64,000 nucleotides of DNA from Lophium mytilinum (lineage: Eukaryota): the NCBI GenBank assembly GCA_010093605.1, contig MU004184.1, positions 692,801 to 756,800 on the forward strand. Direction: 5' to 3'. The notes under the pieces are model-generated. The model did not search any database and was not told the origin of the DNA. It saw nothing but the letters and a program-made list of their open reading frames with translations. This document shows, one piece after another, positions 58,696 through 64,000 of this stretch; positions within the stretch are counted from its first letter, which is position 1; each line of letters opens with the position of its first letter. Both the position numbers and the translations under genes were made by a program.

Positions 58696-61095
58696 ATGGC
58701 AGACCACCGACGAGAGCCGTCAAGCCAGTCCAATAGGGCTCGGCCGGTACCCATAAACAAACCGTCTGAAGACTCAAGTGCTTCGCAGTCTGTAGAAGGC
58801 TCCTACGCAAAAGCAACGGCACGTCTAGGTTCTCCGATTCCTTCATTTCGAGGAGGCGGCTCTCCAGCTATACGCCAAATACCCACGCCCTCCCAACTGG
58901 GAACAGACGAACCCTCACAATCAGAAACCCCATTACCAGGACGCAGTGGGGCACAATCGTCTATACCTGGGCCGGGGGATTCGGCCCTCTCGCATGCATT
59001 TCGAGAGTCTCTCGGTAGAGGCGGAGGAAGCCCTCCACGCTTTGGGACACCTCCAGTCCGTGGTCTTTCGCCAGCACCTTCGAATCGCGTCCCACTCAGT
59101 CACTACGGCTCTTTTGACGCGAGAGCAGGCAGTCCTGGTCCCTTCGAAGACCCGGAAGTGATCAAGCGGCATCTCTTCGACCCATCCAAAGACACAACGG
59201 GCGTATCGGGCTCCCCACGAGCATCTCAGCGGCACACAGGGGAAGGATCTGAACGGGGACGGCCCAGCACCCGCGATGGGGAGGAGTTCTCTAGTCTACG
59301 GCTGCAGGGCGGGGATGTGACACGGCAAATATACAGATGGACCGAACAACAGGAAGCAGAGGAACAAGCTAAGATGAAGAGAAGTCAGAGCTTCCACTCT
59401 CCCCGGCCGAAGGTTGAAGATCAATCTATGGATATTGATACCATAAAGCAACCTGGTGGATTCCGGAGAAACTTCTTACGGAGAGCGGCAGCGAGTCCAT
59501 CGCCCGGACCAGGACCGGGCCCATCGAATTACGGCTCATTAAACATAGGAGACAGACCACAGCCTGTTTTCACCACAAACTTCCTCGAATTTTTGAGTCT
59601 CTATGGCCATTTCGCAGGAGAGTCATTAGAAGAGGACGACGAAGCGTTGGGACCGGACGAGTATTTCTCCTCCGACGCGTACGATGACCAGTCCCATGGT
59701 GGCAGCGAAGACGACCGCGAATTTGGCGAAAGCAGTGCCCTTCTTACTCCTGGAAGGAGACGCCGCCGTCGTAAGGAGGCCACTGCTGGCAAGGGTAGCC
59801 CTACCGGTGCCGCTCTACTACTTCTCAAATCTTTCGTCGGCACGGGCGTCCTGTTTCTCCCGCGTGCATACCTCAATGGCGGCATGCTCTTCAGTAACCT
59901 CGTACTCCTTGGTGTGGCCGGGCTAAGCTACTATTGCTTCGTACTACTTGTACAGACGCGCCTCCAAGTCGAACATTCCTTCGGCGACATGGGATTGCAC
60001 ATATACGGCCGGTGGATGCGCAATTTGATCAATTTCTCATTGGTCATTAGCCAAATAGGCTTTGCTTCAGCCTACATCGTCTTCGTTTCCGAAAACCTTC
60101 AGGCATTCATCCTTGCTGTCTCAGATTGCCGAACGTTCATTGATATCAAGTACATGATCCTCATGCAAATGGCCGTTTTCCTGCCATTGTCGCTTTACCG
60201 CAATATCAACAACATTCAAAAACTCGCTTTGGTCGCGGATGTTTTCATCGTTTTGGGTCTTGTCTACCTCTATTATTATGATATATACACCATCGTTGAA
60301 CAACACGGTATCTCCGACATCAAGAATTTCAATCCCAAGGACTGGACGCTATTCATCGGCACCGCTATCTTCACTTTCGAAGGGATCGGCCTCATCATTC
60401 CTATTCAAACAGGAATGAAGAATCCCAGAAAATTCCCGAACGTGATGGCAGGCGTCATGGTCATCATCACCATCATTTTCGTCAGCATGGGCGCGCTCAG
60501 CTACGCCGCTTACGGCTCAAAGACCAAAACAGTGGTCATTCTCAACATGCCTCAAGACAACCACTTCGTCAACGGCGTGCAGTTCATCTACTCGCTCGCC
60601 ATCTTGCTTTCAACTCCGCTGCAGATCTACCCTGCTATTGAGATCACTTCACAACAGCTTTTCAGCCGCACAGGCAAATACAACCCTTACATCAAGTGGA
60701 AGAAGAATGTATTCCGTTTCTTCATGGTAGCGGTTTGCGCATGTCTAGCGTGGGTCGGCGCCAACGATTTGGACAAGTTCGTTGCGCTGGTAGGGAGCTT
60801 TGCGTGTATTCCGTTGGTGTACATATATCCAGTAAGTTTACCCCCGGTCGTCTCCGCCTATAGCTCCAACTGTCAAACCCTCTCCCGACACTGCTTGTAT
60901 ACGAGGAATTTCTAACATCTGATCTAGCCAATGCTCCACTACCGCGCTATCGCCAAGTCTCGCTACGCAAAATGGTCGAATGTCTTAATCGGAGTTTTCG
61001 GCATCTTCGGTATGGTCTATACTACCGTTCTTACTGTCTCGAGTTGGGTCCACGGTGGCGCGCCGAAGCCACCTGGGTATTGCGATGAGCGGTAG
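58696..61095 (+). CDS. Vacuolar amino-acid transporter, Avt3/Avt4 (AAAP/Aa_trans) family; last exon 60928-61095
   Basis: LQGGDVTRQIYRW, PGGFRR, FLSLYGHFAGE, LLKSFVGTGVLFLP, GTAIFTFEGIGL and LVGSFACIPLVYIYP/PMLH. Confidence 0.93.
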
Positions 61096-62109
61096 GCTAT
61101 CGTCGTCATTGTCGTTTGTTGTTTCGAAAGTGGAACGTTTCTTCTGGGTTTTCTGGGCTAGGCCTGTTGGTTTCTATCGGTTCAATATTAAGATTAAGAC
61201 ATAGATTGTAAATAGGTCGGTTCGCTCGCGCGGAAGTATTCATATTGTTCAGAAACCCGTCACACGCTTTGTATTGGAGATTTTTGGAGTCAAGGGTGGT
61301 GTAAATAGGTCTGTAGGGCTTGTAATTTTATGTTTACATTGGTAATTTGGAACGTCAATATCTCAAGTGTTGGGTATAGTGGCACAGTTCGCTTCTGTAT
61401 AATAAATAAGCCTAATGAAAGCCGATCCGACGAAGTCTCGCCGGCAATGCAAGCTTATCTAAAGATTTGACATACTGAGCAAATGGTTCTATGCTCTAAG
61501 CTGCCTTCTTCTTTTACGGGAGAACTGCTGCACTGATATCAAACACTCTCATCGCGACCTTGCTATCTGGTATCACACATGTCTGCGCGGCAACCGATGG
61601 CCTAAACCAATTCCCTGCGAAAACATGCTTCTTGATTATCGAGCTCAGAACAGTTTTCTGAACAGCGAGTAAAAGGTTGGTGAGGATTGGGAATAGTGTT
61701 ATATAGCCTAGTTGGCATTGGCGGGCTCTCTGATATCAAGCGCTTAAAGCGTGAGATATGTATAAGATACCTCCCCCAGGTTTCCATACAGTGTGTTTAA
61801 AACGTCGGCTTTCATTAGCCTATCCTCGATTCTGTGCATATCAGCATGTCCTTCATGGAGAACGACCTCTTGAGAATCCTGTGTAAGTATGGGTTGATTC
61901 GGTCCCGGTATGTCTTTTCTAGAAACCACCACCACGAGCACGTAGAAGTTCAGCATTTCATGAGGACATGATTCGCATTGTTTGAAAATCCGACCCTACG
62001 ATGATTGTCCTGGCAAGAAAATGCACTGAGCTTGTCCATTCCTCGTCAAAATGGTTCCAGAAAGCCCAAAGCCCACAAAGCCACTCATCCCTCGACACAC
62101 TCGACCACT

Positions 62110-62922
62110 TTAACGAGTAGTCGCCTTGACCTTCGGTGCCGAGCCCTTCGCTCCTTGCTTGCTCTGAATCCGCTGGGTCTGACCCTTCGCCGCCGCTGAA
62201 GCCGACTTCGCCTTCTCCTGCTTCTTCTTGCTCTCTGCCGCAGCCTTCTTCTCCTTGCCCTCACTGATGGCGGCAGCACGGGCGGCCGAACGAGCCTCGG
62301 GGCGCATAGAACGGCGCTCCTTGATGACGTCGAGCGAGGCACCGACGATGGCGCGCTGGTGCTTCACGGTGCGGCGGGATCGCTTCTTGGCAACTTCCTG
62401 TGGGTGGCATAACATTAGCCCTAGAACATCTACGCGACAACCTGACGGAATGAGATCTGGGCTGGGCAATCGTCCTATGTAGGGGGCCATGGGTTTCTTT
62501 CCATTGTATGAAGGAGATCCCGCATAGCGCCCCTCCATCGGTCGAGTGCCTAATCCAATTGCCTTCAAAATGTATATGCAAGCGATCCGGCGCCACTAAC
62601 CTCAGAAATGCCCTTTTTGTGCTGCCTCCGGTAGAGAGTGGTCCAGGCGATCCGACGGGGGTTCTTTCGCTGCAAGAAGAGCGATTCGGTCTTGCCATTT
62701 TGGAATCGGAAGATCTTGCTGTCACCGCGGATGTAGAGCTTGCCCTGTTGTCGCGAATGTATATGTCAGCTTTGGCTGCTTCACAAAGTATGCCGTCCTC
62801 CACAGAATTCATTTGGAGGTGGCGGCTCCGGAGGTTCGATATTGGCGCTGGGGGAGGGGGCGACAACGCACCTTGCCCGGGTAGATTTTCTGGCCGCTGA
62901 AGGAGTCGTCGTAGGTACGCAT
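62110..62922 (-). CDS. RPL24: 60S ribosomal protein eL24; exons 62922-62872, 62744-62601, 62397-62110
   Basis: [52 protein letters not shown]...[25 protein letters not shown]. Confidence 0.96.
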
Positions 62923-63168
62923 GTTGGCGGTGGTGATGCGATACCTTGGGGTTAGTGTACTTCGTGGTCGTCGTCGTTGCGGAGTTTTTGGCTTTGTGTG
63001 CGGAAGCGAAGTGCCAAGACCGATGTAAATGCACGGGCCATATCACCGAAAATGGTCGTCATTCCGCTCGATGTCACAACCTGAAACCTCATTAGAGAGC
63101 GCTGAAGCCCTGTATAGAACATGCAATATCTTCAATTTCTTCTAGTAAACCACACGGACTCCAGACAT

Positions 63169-63176
63169 CAGTCACA
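63169..63176 (+). promoter_or_regulatory. Possible Homol-D-type ribosomal-protein promoter element upstream of RPL24
   Basis: Exact CAGTCACA about 250 bp upstream of the RPL24 ATG; a single 8-mer could be chance. Confidence 0.35.
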
Positions 63177-63812
63177 GAATCTACCATCTTGATATTCAGG
63201 TCTTGGCATTGAATAGATTAGATCTGGGTCTGACTCAATTCGGGGGCTTTCAGGAGCTACATGGATAACAGATTTTTGATGAACATGCTACTTTTCTCCC
63301 CCAGCTTAATAGTCATAGCCCATCTTGAGACAGTAAATCCAATGTGAGTGAGATGAAGAAGGCAATAGTTCTATTGTTAGCCTTCGCACCATAGCGAGTT
63401 TCCGAGGGGTCAGTATGAAGCATCATTGAGCGGCTGGGATAAGCTATGGAAGAAGCCAGCTCCGCAGGTCCGTGGTACTATTCGTATTCGAAAACAGTGT
63501 CACATGAGCTCGCCTAGGCTGATGCCCTGCCACTGTGCCTTCATGTTCAGGCTTTAATCAAATATGGCATTCTGTTCCATCCAGAGGATGCTAGAGGGTC
63601 CTGAAAGTACTCGCTAACTAGTTCAACACTCAGCCGCAAAGGAAATAGCAGGTTATGTCAGTCAATCGAATCGCAAACGCCCGACGCTTCCAAAGCCTTC
63701 TTCGAAGCTGCATGTCTAGAAAGTCGGCCGTATCCACAATCTTGCCGTAAACGCCGTTATGAGGCCCGTAAAGGGAGCTAGACACTTACTGCCAGCTGTG
63801 CCGATACCGTGT

Positions 63813-63985
63813 CTATTTCGCATAGGTTCTCGTCCATTCTCGAGCTGTCTCGATGGCTGCTTTCTCGTCTTCCTTCCACTTCTGAGCGACATCGTTTGCG
63901 AGAGGGTCATCAGGGTTGGGAGCGCCCAGGAGGGCTTGGATGGAGAGAAGTATTGTGCGGATCTGGAGGGCCGGGGACCAGTTGT
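63813..63985 (-). CDS. UBC13: Ubiquitin-conjugating enzyme Ubc13, last exon (gene continues beyond the window)
   Basis: After a CTAAC..TAG acceptor the frame reads [56 protein letters not shown]. Not in the ORF track. Confidence 0.92.
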
Positions 63986-64000
63986 CTAAGACATGTTAGA

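Overview
Gene-dense window from a filamentous ascomycete (Pezizomycotina, probably a Dothideomycete; inferred from short GT-AG introns with CTRAC branch points, gene content and RIP-like mutation). It holds about 20 intron-containing genes. These include the 3' part of areA, a Methyltransf_16 methyltransferase, DGA1, STK19-like, IDH1, an NXT1-like NTF2 protein, RPL38, an MBL-fold hydrolase, a GH47 mannosidase, a BTB protein, an SDR plus P450 pair, an SGNH esterase, VHC1, an AVT3/4-like transporter, RPL24 and the last exon of UBC13. Two regions stand out. (1) About 8.2-13.8 kb is a non-coding, RIP-damaged element containing about 28 units at a 145-170 bp period. Each unit is a pair of inverted half-sites (ACGYGSCAA...TTTGSCRCGT) separated by 35 nt or 44-45 nt. 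The element has candidate subterminal inverted repeats and a perfect 3' hairpin (Helentron/Helitron2-like), is flanked by two decayed ORFs, and lies near a tRNA-like element. (2) 16.7-26 kb is a three-gene candidate locus for an acylated polysaccharide: a GH16-like/acyltransferase-3 fusion, a GT2 processive synthase and a second acyltransferase-3. The two AT3 domains each keep a different half of the R-X10-H motif. All calls come from reading the sequence; no database searches were run.
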